64,000 nt of DNA from Bacillota bacterium (GCA_012839765.1 DUMW01000082.1:1504-65503); one strand, 5' to 3'; shown: positions 1-10,077, numbered from the stretch's first letter. The notes: generated from the letters alone by a model not told the origin. Numbers and translations: made by a program.

Positions 1-1796
1 ATACGGCACCGGGCCATGGTGTAGAGGACTATGAAGTGGGATTGAGTTACGATCTGCCCGTTTACGCTCCTGTGGATGCCCAGGGCAACTTTACCCAAGA
101 GGCGGGTAAGTATGCGGGGATGAACGTGGCCAAGGTCAATCCGGTGATCGTCGAGGATCTGCAGGAAGCGGGGCTCCTGCTGAAGAGCGGCAAGATTACC
201 CACCAATATCCCCATTGCTGGCGTTGTAAAGAACCGGTGATCTTCCGGGCGACGGAGCAATGGTTTGCTTCCATCGATGGTTTCCGGGAAGATGCCTTGA
301 AGGCCATTGATGAGGTGCAGTGGATTCCCGAGTGGGGTAGCGATCGGATCGGTAACATGGTGCGGGAACGTCATGACTGGTGTATTTCCCGACAGCGGAA
401 GTGGGGGGTGCCTATTCCCATCTTTTATTGCCAGGATTGTGGCAACACAATTCTAGATGAGAATACCATCGAGTCCATCAGCGCCGTATTTGCCGTGGAA
501 GGTTCCGATGCGTGGTTCCGTAGGTCCCCCGAAGAGCTGCTTCCGGAAGGTTACGTCTGTGGGAAATGTGGTGGTAGCCGGTTCACCAAGGAAACGGATA
601 TCATGGACGTCTGGTTCGATTCCGGTAGCAGCCACCGTTGCGTACTGGCCCAACGGCCTGAGCTAGGTGTCCCGGCGGATCTATATTTGGAAGGAAGTGA
701 CCAGCATCGGGGCTGGTTCCAGTCGTCGCTGTTGACCGCCGTAGCTACGTCTGGTAAACCGCCTTACAAAGCCGTCCTCACCCACGGTTTCATCGTGGAC
801 GCGGAAGGGAACAAGATGTCCAAATCCCTGGGTAACGTGATGGCACCTGATGAGGTCATCAAGAAATATGGGGCCGATGTGTTCCGTCTCTGGGTGGCCT
901 CCTCCGATTACCGCCACGATATTCGGATCTCTGATACGATCCTTGGTCAGATGGCCGAAGCATACCGGCGGATTCGAAATACCGCCCGCTTCTTGTTGGG
1001 TAACCTCCATGATTTCTCCCCAGCTAAGGACGGGGTACCCATGGAGGAATTGTCTCCCCTGGACAAATGGGCTCTGATGCGGGTGAACGAAGTGGCGGCC
1101 CGGGTCATTGAGGCCTACCGGGAGTACGACTTCCACATTGTGTATCGGACCCTGTACAACTTCTGTGTAGTGGATATGGGTGGCTTCTATCTGGATGTCC
1201 TTAAGGACACCCTGTATTGCGATGCGGCCGATTCCTTCGCCCGGAGATCCGCCCAAACTGCGATGTACCAGATTTTGCTTAAGCTTACACAGCTGGCGGC
1301 ACCATTGATTCCCCATACCGCGGATGAGATCTGGCAACACGCTCGGCAATTGGATCCTAGCCTTGAGGAAAGCGTGCACTTGACCACCTGGTCTGTCTCC
1401 GATGTGGATGAAGAAGAACTGACCAAGTGGGAACGTTTCCTGCGGGTACGCCGGGTGGCCATGAAGGCCTTGGAAGAGAAGCGAGCTTTTAAGGAAATCG
1501 GTTCTTCCAACGAAGCCGTGGTAAGCATGTATGTGGACGAAGAAGCCTATGGGGCCTTGTTGCCGTTCCTCAACGACCTTGAACGACTCCTCATGGTTTC
1601 TAAGGTCACGGTGCATCGCACCGATACGCTGCCCGAAACCGGTGTGTCCCTGGAGGAATGCCCCGGTGTGAAGGCGAAGGTAGAGGTTACCGACGCAGAA
1701 AAGTGCGAGCGGTGCTGGCGTTATCTAAGTAGTGTCGGCGAAGACGAGGAGTTTAAAGATCTATGCGCCCGCTGTGTGGCGGTGATCAAATCCTAA
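1..1796 (+). CDS. ileS: Isoleucyl-tRNA synthetase, C-terminal ~586 aa (5' end lies outside the window)
   Basis: The translation has the KMSKSL class I signature, an anticodon-binding region and a C-terminal Zn-finger (CERCWRY...CARC). The frame is open to the window start. Confidence 0.9.
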   Translation, partial: TAPGHGVEDYEVGLSYDLPVYAPVDAQGNFTQEAGKYAGMNVAKVNPVIVEDLQEAGLLLKSGKITHQYPHCWRCKEPVIFRATEQWFASIDGFREDALKAIDEVQWIPEWGSDRIGNMVRERHDWCISRQRKWGVPIPIFYCQDCGNTILDENTIESISAVFAVEGSDAWFRRSPEELLPEGYVCGKCGGSRFTKETDIMDVWFDSGSSHRCVLAQRPELGVPADLYLEGSDQHRGWFQSSLLTAVATSGKPPYKAVLTHGFIVDAEGNKMSKSLGNVMAPDEVIKKYGADVFRLWVASSDYRHDIRISDTILGQMAEAYRRIRNTARFLLGNLHDFSPAKDGVPMEELSPLDKWALMRVNEVAARVIEAYREYDFHIVYRTLYNFCVVDMGGFYLDVLKDTLYCDAADSFARRSAQTAMYQILLKLTQLAAPLIPHTADEIWQHARQLDPSLEESVHLTTWSVSDVDEEELTKWERFLRVRRVAMKALEEKRAFKEIGSSNEAVVSMYVDEEAYGALLPFLNDLERLLMVSKVTVHRTDTLPETGVSLEECPGVKAKVEVTDAEKCERCWRYLSSVGEDEEFKDLCARCVAVIKS

Positions 1797-1817
1797 CTAT
1801 CGGATCTTGTTATGTCA

Positions 1818-1858
1818 GGATGACCAAGGGTTTCTCTTGGTCATCCTTGTTCTATTTG
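1818..1858 (+). terminator. Intrinsic terminator after ileS
   Basis: An 11-bp perfect stem (ggatgaccaag / cttggtcatcc) with a 7-nt loop is followed by a T-rich tract (ttgttctatttggtgcttttgttg). Confidence 0.6.
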
Positions 1859-1903
1859 GTGCTTTTGTTGTGCCCCTACAGGGGTGGAAAAGAGGGTTGA
1901 GGT

Positions 1904-2620
1904 ATGCTCGATTGGGGACCCTTCACACTAGTGGACTGTTCGGAACCGGCTCGCTGGTTACTGACGGCATTGGAAAGGCCCTGGAGCAGGCAGCCCGATG
2001 CCAATTACGTGGCCGCGGTGGTGCCAAGGGGCTTTGGGGCCTATGCGCGTCTTTTTCATCCCGCATACCTGGACACTAAACCGATATCCTGGTCCTTGGT
2101 GGCGGAGCTTTCAGGACGTTTCTCCCATGCCTTGATGCAATGGCATAGCATTAGTGTTTTCCCGGCAAACCATCCTTTGTTCAGCCGGCTTCAGCCACCG
2201 TTGTTGGGTCAGCTTCCCCAAGGGGAAGCCCAGAGGTTGGTAAGCATCTTGAAAAAGCATACCAAAACCCCGGCCCACTGCTACTTTGCCCTCTGGGATG
2301 GGTGGGGAATATCTGCCCTAGAACACATTGCTAAGGGCGCGGTCCATTTTCAATTGGCGGATCGGGGTTACTATCTTCTGCAGGGAAGTCTGGAGAGCAT
2401 TGGTGCTAACCCCCATGTATCTTGGCTGGCTAACCTCTGGTGGCCCGAAGACCGAGCTTGGTGTGTGGCCACTGAGGTGGACCAGATGTGCACATACATC
2501 GGGGGAACCACTGGGTGCATCCAGGAAATCCTCGATGACCCCCAATTGGAAGTCTGGCCTGCCGCGCTGGATCAGCGGGTTGATTATGGTAGTGACCAGA
2601 TTAACCATAGTGAAGGCTGA
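1904..2620 (+). CDS. Hypothetical protein of 238 aa with no recognisable family
   Basis: A clean ORF has the RBS ggaaaagagggttgagg upstream of an ATG. I could assign no motif. Confidence 0.5.
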   Translation: MLDWGPFTLVDCSEPARWLLTALERPWSRQPDANYVAAVVPRGFGAYARLFHPAYLDTKPISWSLVAELSGRFSHALMQWHSISVFPANHPLFSRLQPPLLGQLPQGEAQRLVSILKKHTKTPAHCYFALWDGWGISALEHIAKGAVHFQLADRGYYLLQGSLESIGANPHVSWLANLWWPEDRAWCVATEVDQMCTYIGGTTGCIQEILDDPQLEVWPAALDQRVDYGSDQINHSEG

Positions 2621-2736
2621 ACCCAAGAGAATGCTGAGACTTGGTTTCCAGAAGGATTTCCGTTGATCGAGGCTTAAAAAGTACACCGGGCACCAAGACA
2701 TAGGAGCCCGGTGTGATTACGATCCTCCATTAGGAA

Positions 2737-4968
2737 TCAACCAATACGAAACAACTTCACTTCTTCGCCCGAGAGATTCACTTCCACAAGCCGTACCGTT
2801 TCTCTTGTCACCAGGTTTACCGCCTGGGGCTGATCCGGGTGGGTGAAGGTGGTTCTATTGGAAGCGAAATTGACAAGCAACAAGTAATGCTTGCCATCGG
2901 CGCCTTCCACTTGCAGGGCCCGCAGTAGGGGGTGTGTTGTTGCCAACTGGACGTATTTCTTTGCTTCCCAATTGGCTGCGGTCTTTTGGTGGGAAGTACC
3001 GGCCTGGATTACCGCGGCCAGGTCGTGGATGAGCTCGCCAGGATCCAGCGATCTTAGGCCTAACTGAACCGGATAGCAGATCTCATCGGCAAACAGTTGA
3101 CCCCCGGTGCGGGAATTGTCGATCTTTTTGATGTCGTGGTGGTGTTTCAGTCCGATTTGGCGCCGACCGGGCCGATAGATGGCCAAAGATTCTGCACCGT
3201 AGAGTCCGAACACCGCAAGCTGATCTTCCACATTGAGCCATTGGCTTTTCAGGTCGAGAAGTTCTTCCGGGCTGCCGAAACCTGGTAACACCAGTTTTCC
3301 CTGTTCTGTATAGTAGGTGCGTTGGTTGCCGTTGAAAATGTCATTGGGAATCTGCAGAAACAGGCCCTTACTGGAGGCAAGATATGTTCTGCGATCGGGG
3401 TTAACGGCCCGCTGCAGGACAATGGCGGTGGCATCATCGGGGAGGGCCACAAACACCAGCTGTTGTTCCGCCACCACCTCCCCGGGCTGGCCCTCTGCGG
3501 CATGTCTTAAGGAATGGAAACAGCTTCGACCCCAGGTGATAAATCCCCCGGGGAATCCTTGTTTGTGGTGGGAAACGGGTCTTTGTTCATTGGTGGTGCC
3601 CAAACCCACAATCTCGCCCGACAGGTTCGATCGCCATTCCGCTAGGTTGCTAGTGGTTGGTGGCAGGCAAAGTCCTTGGGGAGGCTGGGCGGCGTCCCAC
3701 ACGAAGGAAGCGATCCGCCGTTTGCCCCTCTGGAGACAGGCTCCGTGGTAGTCATCGGACCAGAAAGCCACCGGTATACTGGGCTTTGGAACCTGGGTGG
3801 GCAAAGAGTGGATCCTCCGCCAGTAGGCACCCGTGGAAAGATTGACGGCCCGATCAGATTCCAATCGGGTGTAATAAAGAGGTGAAGTCTTGCTCATTTC
3901 CGCTAGACGGTGGGAGAGGAAGCTGCCATCTCGATTGACCTGTTGTTCTTTTTCCACCTGCTTTAGCCATCCTGCTTCAAAGGCGCAGGCCTCCCTATCG
4001 CCGAATAGATCTTCAATTAGCAACCAGGTGGGGATGCCATAGTCCTGGCAGTAACAGTACCGGACCCTGGTGTCACCGCCGATGCGCAGCAATCGGCCAT
4101 CGGGGAAGGTGCAGAGTTTTATCAGTTCCCAAAGCTCCCGTACGTGCCGATAGAGGGCCTGGGGGGGTGTGAGACCGCGCTTTTTGTAGAAGAAGTGCAG
4201 CATCGCAATGTTGGAAAGACAGGTCACCATATAGCCAACATTGAGGTAACTGTGGTGATTTAGGGCATAGGAGGAGAAGAAGTTTGGTCCCACGAACCTT
4301 TCGGCCACTGGTTTTCCGTCTACGATCTCCTGGGAAAACTCATCCTCTGGTAGCGAGATCCCGTTGATAAGGAAGCGGATTCCCTTTTCCACATACTCCT
4401 TTACCCGCGGCGCATCGGGATACATAGCCGCGGTGCGAAGCATGATGGCGCCGTTCCAAATGTTGCTTTCGGGTTTGTTATTGCGCTCACTGTGAAGCAG
4501 CCCCGCCACAATTTCGTAATGGTCTAGTAACCAGTCGCTTTCGGAGATGAGTACTTTCCTCAGCAACTCATAATCCTTCGGGGTCAGGTGTTCCTCGATG
4601 GCTTCCACTCCGTGCATCATCCGCTCGATTCCCAGTGCACTGACCCAGGTATGGCCCCACTTGGTATCGTCGGTACAGCGATAACTCCCCTCGAGGTGAC
4701 TTTCCAAAGAAAACCGCAGGGTCCTGAGCGCATATTCCAAAACCCTTTCCCGGGGCACCCCTGCCTGTGTTTCATCAAAGTTTGGGTCTGCAGCCAACAC
4801 CGCGAAGGTGGCACAGGCCTTTTGGTTGGTCTGCACTCCCCAGTTGTTATAGCCGGTACCGTAACACATCAGGTCGGGTCTGTCGGGAATGGTGTAAAGG
4901 TACTTCTCTTGGGATTTTACCCAAGGTTCCAGTAGACGCAAATATGCTTGCCCATTAAGTTGCTGCAT
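2737..4968 (-). CDS. Heparinase II/III-like or alginate-lyase-like superfamily protein, predicted cytoplasmic (~743 aa)
   Basis: A long ORF has an overall two-domain composition resembling the heparinase II/III family (alpha/alpha toroid plus beta-sandwich). I place the start at the ATG of MQQLNG... (4968) because GGAAGG lies 6 nt upstream. There is no signal peptide. Confidence 0.45.
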   Translation of the reverse strand: MQQLNGQAYLRLLEPWVKSQEKYLYTIPDRPDLMCYGTGYNNWGVQTNQKACATFAVLAADPNFDETQAGVPRERVLEYALRTLRFSLESHLEGSYRCTDDTKWGHTWVSALGIERMMHGVEAIEEHLTPKDYELLRKVLISESDWLLDHYEIVAGLLHSERNNKPESNIWNGAIMLRTAAMYPDAPRVKEYVEKGIRFLINGISLPEDEFSQEIVDGKPVAERFVGPNFFSSYALNHHSYLNVGYMVTCLSNIAMLHFFYKKRGLTPPQALYRHVRELWELIKLCTFPDGRLLRIGGDTRVRYCYCQDYGIPTWLLIEDLFGDREACAFEAGWLKQVEKEQQVNRDGSFLSHRLAEMSKTSPLYYTRLESDRAVNLSTGAYWRRIHSLPTQVPKPSIPVAFWSDDYHGACLQRGKRRIASFVWDAAQPPQGLCLPPTTSNLAEWRSNLSGEIVGLGTTNEQRPVSHHKQGFPGGFITWGRSCFHSLRHAAEGQPGEVVAEQQLVFVALPDDATAIVLQRAVNPDRRTYLASSKGLFLQIPNDIFNGNQRTYYTEQGKLVLPGFGSPEELLDLKSQWLNVEDQLAVFGLYGAESLAIYRPGRRQIGLKHHHDIKKIDNSRTGGQLFADEICYPVQLGLRSLDPGELIHDLAAVIQAGTSHQKTAANWEAKKYVQLATTHPLLRALQVEGADGKHYLLLVNFASNRTTFTHPDQPQAVNLVTRETVRLVEVNLSGEEVKLFRIG

Positions 4969-5097
4969 TACCATCCTTCCCTTTCGGTGATTTTTCCCAA
5001 GCTTCCGACTCAACCAATGGGAGATCGCACAAACGGATAGTGGAAGAATCCCAATTCCATGGTGCCATACCTTAGGCTAAGCTAGTGAGTAATCACC

Positions 5098-6255
5098 TTG
5101 ACTTTTGCCCTCTGGTCTTCGAGTCCCGAGGTGGAGGAAGCCGTTCGGCGCTATGAGGAGCTAAATCCCGGTATTAATATTGAAATCCTATACAAACCCA
5201 ATGAGGAGTATCGGCAGCACATTCAACTGTTGGCGGCTTCAGGGATGTTGCCCGATGTGATTGTAGTGGACCGGAAGTGGCTTCCCCAGTTCGTGGAGTT
5301 GGGTATCGTTCGGCCCATTGATGATCTGGTGGCCGCGGATCCCTATCTTGATCTGGAAAGCGATGTTACTGAGATCGTGTCCGGCACCTACCAAGGCAAG
5401 TTTTACGGGATTCCCATCTGGGGCGGTGTCTGCCTGATGTGGTACAACGTCCCCATGTTTGCGGAGAACGCTTTGCCACGGTCGGTGGACTTGGTGAAGG
5501 CAAACAACTGGACTTGGGACACCTTCCTTGAGGTAGGTAGGAAGCTGACCGCCGATTTCAACGGCGACGGGCAAATGGACCGGTTTGCGATTCCCCAAGT
5601 CTCTGCGTCGTGGGCACCCGCCTGGGCACCCTTTGTGTGGCAAGCCGGCGGGGATATGATCGGTGAAGATGGCTACACCATCCTCGTGGATTCACCGGAA
5701 ACCATCGCAGGATTGCAGTTCTGTGTGGATTTGATGTGGGAGTACCGCATCGCACCCTTACCCTGGGAGAAGGAGAAGGTGAAGTTCTATTCCGGCACTT
5801 CTGCCATGGAGTTCGGGTGGGTGGCCACAATCCCCGGACGCACCATGAACTTTGAGATGGACATTGTCATGTATCCGGCGGGACCCGCAGGTTATTACCA
5901 TTTGGCAGGTGGTTGTCCAGTCGCCATCAGTTCCACCACGGAATATGTGCAGGAAGCCTATGACTTTGCTAAATGGTATGCCATGGAAAGTGGTCTGCTT
6001 ACCACGGTGGCTTCCATGGAAGTGATACGGAACGAATACCTGGATTACCTTGGGGAATGGGTGGCTAGTCCTGAGCAAGTGGTCCTGGCCATGTCCCATC
6101 CGATCAAGATGGAGCCCAATGTGCACCCCAAGGGTAGCAGCCTGAACAGTATTTGGAGTAAGGAACTGAACCGGGCATTCCATCAGGAGATCAGTGTGGA
6201 ACAGGCGGTGGAGAACATCGTCGCCATGATTCGACCCATTCTGGAAGAAGAGTAA
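5098..6255 (+). pseudogene. Family-1 extracellular solute-binding protein (sugar ABC type), 5'-truncated with no signal peptide or lipobox
   Basis: Residues AVRRYEELNPGINIEILYKPNEEY...LPDVIVVDRKWLPQF are typical of the SBP_bac_1 N-lobe, beginning about 35 aa into a normal SBP. An in-frame stop lies at 5086-5088. No signal peptide is encoded in any frame of the 130-nt upstream spacer, and no permease genes are adjacent. Confidence 0.6.
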
Positions 6256-6267
6256 GAATGGGATGAT

Positions 6268-6298
6268 CAGGGACCGCATCCTCAGGATGCGGTCCCTG
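6268..6298 (+). terminator. Very stable hairpin downstream of the SBP remnant
   Basis: A 14-bp perfect stem (cagggaccgcatcc / ggatgcggtccctg) with a 3-nt loop is present. The T-run is weak and displaced (gcgttttg about 15 nt downstream). Confidence 0.45.
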
Positions 6299-6440
6299 CC
6301 CAAAGGGTTGCGTTTTGTAGCATCTACCGGTGGCTCGGTAGGTTAGACCGAGCCTTTCCGGTTGCAACATCAAGATTCGCTGGAAACCCGAAGCGATGTT
6401 CGGGAAGGGTTCTTAACCCTACATAGAAAGGATGGACTCG

Positions 6441-8775
6441 ATGAGCACCAGACGACGATTAGGCACTTGGACTTTCGTACTCGTCCTATGGGTGTTGGTC
6501 CTGCACATGGGTTTTGGACAACTAATAGGAGGCATGTTTTCGATGGAAAGCGAGTTAGTACACGCGGCAGAACCGGTGATCATCCTGCGGGAACTGGACG
6601 CTGATGGCAATGGCCTTTATGACGACGTGGAGCGGAAGGCCATGCTGGAGGTATTGCAATCCTTCTGCCCGGAACCTGGAAGGCATTGTTTTCGACGTGG
6701 ACAAAGACGGCAAGGTTACGGTAGAAGAACAGTGTCTGGATCGTCATCCCCTCTCCCAACTGATTTCCCGGGAGAGCGTGACCAATAGCAAGACTAAGAT
6801 TCCATGGGCGGTCAACCTCTTTTCTGAGTGGATCATGTCCGGTTTTGTCCAGGAAGATGTGGAGGTTGGGGCCGTATCGGAACATCCTTCCCGGGGAGTT
6901 CTGAATCTGTCTCCCACCCAGAGCAATGTTACCCTGCAACCCCAAAAGACCAGTGCCAATGGTGGTGTGGAGTTTGCGGCCAATTCCGGTCAGTTCTTGA
7001 CGATGGCCGGTCAGCGGGATGCGCGGTGGAACTACCGGTGGGGTGTGATCACCTTCCGTATCGATGCCAATACCGGTTCCGCCGAGGAGACGGTTCTGCT
7101 GGATATCAACCAAGGGCTTGGACCGAGCAAGTCCTCCCCCAAGGTTTGGTACAACAAAAAGGATGGCCTGTTCATTCAATTCGTGGGACGAGGCGCCACC
7201 GGGTTAGACCGGCGGATCATGAACGCGAAGAACGTAATTGCAGACGGCAAGACCTGGAATGTGGTAGTCTTCGGGATGCGGCAGGGACGTATGTTTGCCT
7301 CCGTAAACGGTGTAACCCTGACAACAACCGAAGAGCAGCCCAGTCGGTTTTCCAGTGAACTGGCCTATGATGCGAATTCCTTTATCGGAGACAACCGCAA
7401 CGACGGCAATATGGCTTGGGCCTACGATACCATCCTGTTGGGTCAAACGGAGTTGACCGAGGCTATGGTAAGGAAATTGGAAGGTTGGGCGGCCCATCGG
7501 TTGGGCTTCCAGGCCAATCTGCCCGCGGATCATCCCTATCGGGAATTACCCCCGGTTTTGGATGAAGAGGACCTGCCCCGTCGTTACGTCCACGATGACG
7601 AGGCTTGGACTGCCTGGGGTCAGAGCCTTACCAAGAGCGTCACCCGGGTGAACACCGGCGGCGACCGGGTGGAACCGGAGGGTTGGGAACGGGTCTTTTT
7701 CGATGATTTCCGCGCCTTTAGGATTAGCCCTAGCACAAGCAACGAGGGAGACCTATGGCAAGCCCCCGGTTGGAATACTGCCGTGGGGAATGATGCTCGG
7801 CTGCTTCCACCAGGAGCCACGCCTGACGTCTATCCCCATGATCCTGAAAACCAGCTGCAGACCATTTCCATCGCAAAACAGGGCAATACTTGGTACGGCA
7901 GTGCCTTCTACAGTGTGAACGACCTGGGCCAGGGCTATGTCTGGTCTGGTCCCAAAATTTTCCGGATCCGTTGCATGTTTCCGAAGATCGCGGAGCATCT
8001 ACTGCCCGGAGGTTTGTTCCCGGCCTTCTGGTCCTATGGGATTGAGTTCCTGTACTGGCGCACTTCCAACCGAATCGAAGTGGACTGGTTTGAGTTCGTG
8101 GGCACCAATGGTTACTATTACAACGGAATGTCGTCCCATCTGCACTATACCCATGTGAAAAACATCTTTGTCCGACAAAACGACAGCTACCAACGGTACA
8201 AGGTGTTCGGCGGAAACCTAACCCCCTTGGAAAACAACCTGGGTCTTTACGTCTGGGACGGTCAGTTCCATACCTGGGAGTTCGTGGTGGACGAGGATTG
8301 GACCTACGTGAATGTGACCATCCCGGATCGTAGGAGTGGTACCGAGAAATGGGTGGAAGTTTGTCGCTGTCCGACCCCAGCCTTGTATCTAGAGCCGATG
8401 TACCTGCTGGTGGACTATGCGTTGCGAGCCAATGATGGTCTGCCAAAATCGGAACGGGAAGACTTCGTGATTGATTGGATTGAGGTGCTGCAGAAGACAG
8501 AGCAGATAAACGCTATACCCAAACCCTTTGTGGCAAGGCCGCAGCTGGTGGGTGATGCCGCTGTGGGTGGCACCCTCACGTGTATCCCAAATGTGGAAAA
8601 TGTGACCGATCTTCGCTACTACTGGTTTGCTGACGGCTATCCACTGACCTATGGCGCGGATCCCACCTATACCTTGACGGAAGTAGAGGTCGGGAAGACC
8701 ATCCGCTGCATGGTGAAAGCCGTAGGTGCCCTGGATATGCCCGAAGCGTGGACGGAGCCTGTTTTGGTTAAGTAG
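6441..8775 (+). pseudogene. Secreted protein with signal peptide, EF-hand pair (dockerin-like), LamG/ConA-like domain and GH16-like beta-jelly-roll, disrupted by a +1 frameshift near 6655-6675
   Basis: Frame 0 (6441-6788) encodes a signal peptide MSTRRRLGTWTFVLVLWVLVL and a canonical EF-hand loop DADGNGLYDDVE. Frame +1 (6604-8775) continues with a second EF-hand loop DVDKDGKVTVEE and then a large beta-rich region. That region contains GGLFPAFWSYG ... EVDWFEF, matching the GH16 WPAxW / ExDxxE catalytic pattern. The two frames overlap around the homopolymeric tgcccgga. Confidence 0.6.
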
Positions 8776-8914
8776 GGATCGGGCAATAACGGAAGAGGAG
8801 GTGGTTAGGGGACAGGCAGAACCGGTAGCAGCAAGTATTCTACCGTGGAGGCTTTAGGGCCGATGGGCCTGGATGAACGAAGGAAATACAGGTTTTGAGG
8901 GGGAAACAGACAGC

Positions 8915-9499
8915 ATGAAAACGATGCTGAAGAATGTACCACTGTTCTTGCTGATTCTGCTGTTGACCGTAGGGTGTTTGTCTTTGCCCACCGGGGACGA
9001 GGAACCCACACCGTGGGTGCTTCGTTACTCCTTTGATGACCCCAACTGGAGGGATTATATCTGGCGACAGCCCGGGGAAGCCACCGTGACCGACGTTGAC
9101 GGTGTCCAGGCTGCCCAAAGACAGCAACCGAAAAACGAGAGCTGGGGTTGGGTTGGTGCCATCATCAATAATCCTGTGGAGATCTTTGACGAAAACATGG
9201 TTCTGCGTGTGACCTGGCGTGTTGATTGTGAAACCCGGACTACCTGTAACAGGGTGCAGGCCCTCGTGTACTACTCGGGCAGTGTGCCGAGGAAGATTAA
9301 CCTCGACAGCCAAGGGGGACAGTTTAGCACTAACGAATGGCACGTATCGGAGATTCGCCTCACGAATTACGAGGAATTTCCCGTAGGTGCCATGGTTCAC
9401 CGGGTCGATATTAGCGAAGAACATAAGAAAACAGACTCCTTCATCTCTCTGGCAGCCATCGAGTTTGCCATTGTGGAACCCGAAGAAGGGGAAGAGTGA
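8915..9499 (+). CDS. Secreted lipoprotein, paralog A (CBM/lectin-like beta-rich domain)
   Basis: A signal peptide carries the lipobox LTVGC. It shares the motifs SWGWVG, NPVEIFDENMVLRVTWRVDC, NEWHVSEIRLTNYEEFP and SLAAIEFAIVE with the next gene. Confidence 0.6.
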   Translation: MKTMLKNVPLFLLILLLTVGCLSLPTGDEEPTPWVLRYSFDDPNWRDYIWRQPGEATVTDVDGVQAAQRQQPKNESWGWVGAIINNPVEIFDENMVLRVTWRVDCETRTTCNRVQALVYYSGSVPRKINLDSQGGQFSTNEWHVSEIRLTNYEEFPVGAMVHRVDISEEHKKTDSFISLAAIEFAIVEPEEGEE

Positions 9500-9531
9500 T
9501 TAGCTCAAACAATAAAAAGGAGAGAAGAGAA

Positions 9532-10077
9532 ACTATGCGAACAAAGAATCTTTTCCTGGTCTTACTCCCGCTGATGGTGATGGTTGTGTTGTTTTGTGGT
9601 GTCAGTGCAACGGAGGTTATTCGCTTTGATTTTGAAGGCGACAACTGGAAGAACGTAGTCCTCGAGCCGAAGGAAGCCCAGATCACGACCATTGATGGTG
9701 TACCTGTTTGCCAGCTGGGCTGGAAAGGCAGCTGGGGTTGGGTGGGTGTCACCTTCCGCAATCCCGTGGATATTATTGATGAAAACATGGTGATGCGCAT
9801 TAAGTGGAGGATCGACTGTTCCGACCGCAACACCATGAGTGATGTCATTCTGCGGGTGTACTATGGTCGTGATCTGAAGGAGTATTCTAATGTAAGGATC
9901 GGTAACCCCGGCGACTACACGTTCAACGAATGGCAAGTCTCCGAGGTCCGGTTGACCGACTATGAGCGGTTCCCGCTCTGGGGTAAGGTGTACCGGGTGG
10001 ATCTGTATGAGCGGGGCAGCGGCAACTCCACATACACCCCGTCCATTGCCAGTATTGAGTTTCTGATCAAGGAGTAA
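9532..10077 (+). CDS. Secreted protein, paralog B of 8915-9499
   Basis: It has the signal peptide MRTKNLFLVLLPLMVMVVLF. About 45% of the sequence aligns to paralog A (SWGWVG, NPVDIIDENMVMRIKWRIDC, NEWQVSEVRLTDYERFP, SIASIEFLIKE). I read this as a tandem duplication. Confidence 0.6.
   Translation, partial: TMRTKNLFLVLLPLMVMVVLFCGVSATEVIRFDFEGDNWKNVVLEPKEAQITTIDGVPVCQLGWKGSWGWVGVTFRNPVDIIDENMVMRIKWRIDCSDRNTMSDVILRVYYGRDLKEYSNVRIGNPGDYTFNEWQVSEVRLTDYERFPLWGKVYRVDLYERGSGNSTYTPSIASIEFLIKE

Noticed and set aside
681-1616. A 311-aa minus-strand ORF (and 1187-1528) lies inside ileS.
   Set aside because: It is antisense to a strongly supported aaRS gene. It has no RBS and its composition is typical of shadow ORFs in high-GC DNA.
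6604-6680. An ATG at 6604 could be an independent start of the 723-aa ORF.
   Set aside because: The N-terminus (MAMAFMTTWSGRPCWRYCNPSARN) is not signal-peptide-like and has no RBS. The upstream frame carries the signal peptide and the partner EF-hand, so a frameshifted single gene is the better reading.
7730-8446. A 238-aa minus-strand ORF lies antisense to the GH16-like region.
   Set aside because: Its Arg/Pro/Ser-rich low-complexity translation is typical of antisense reading of GC-rich coding DNA.
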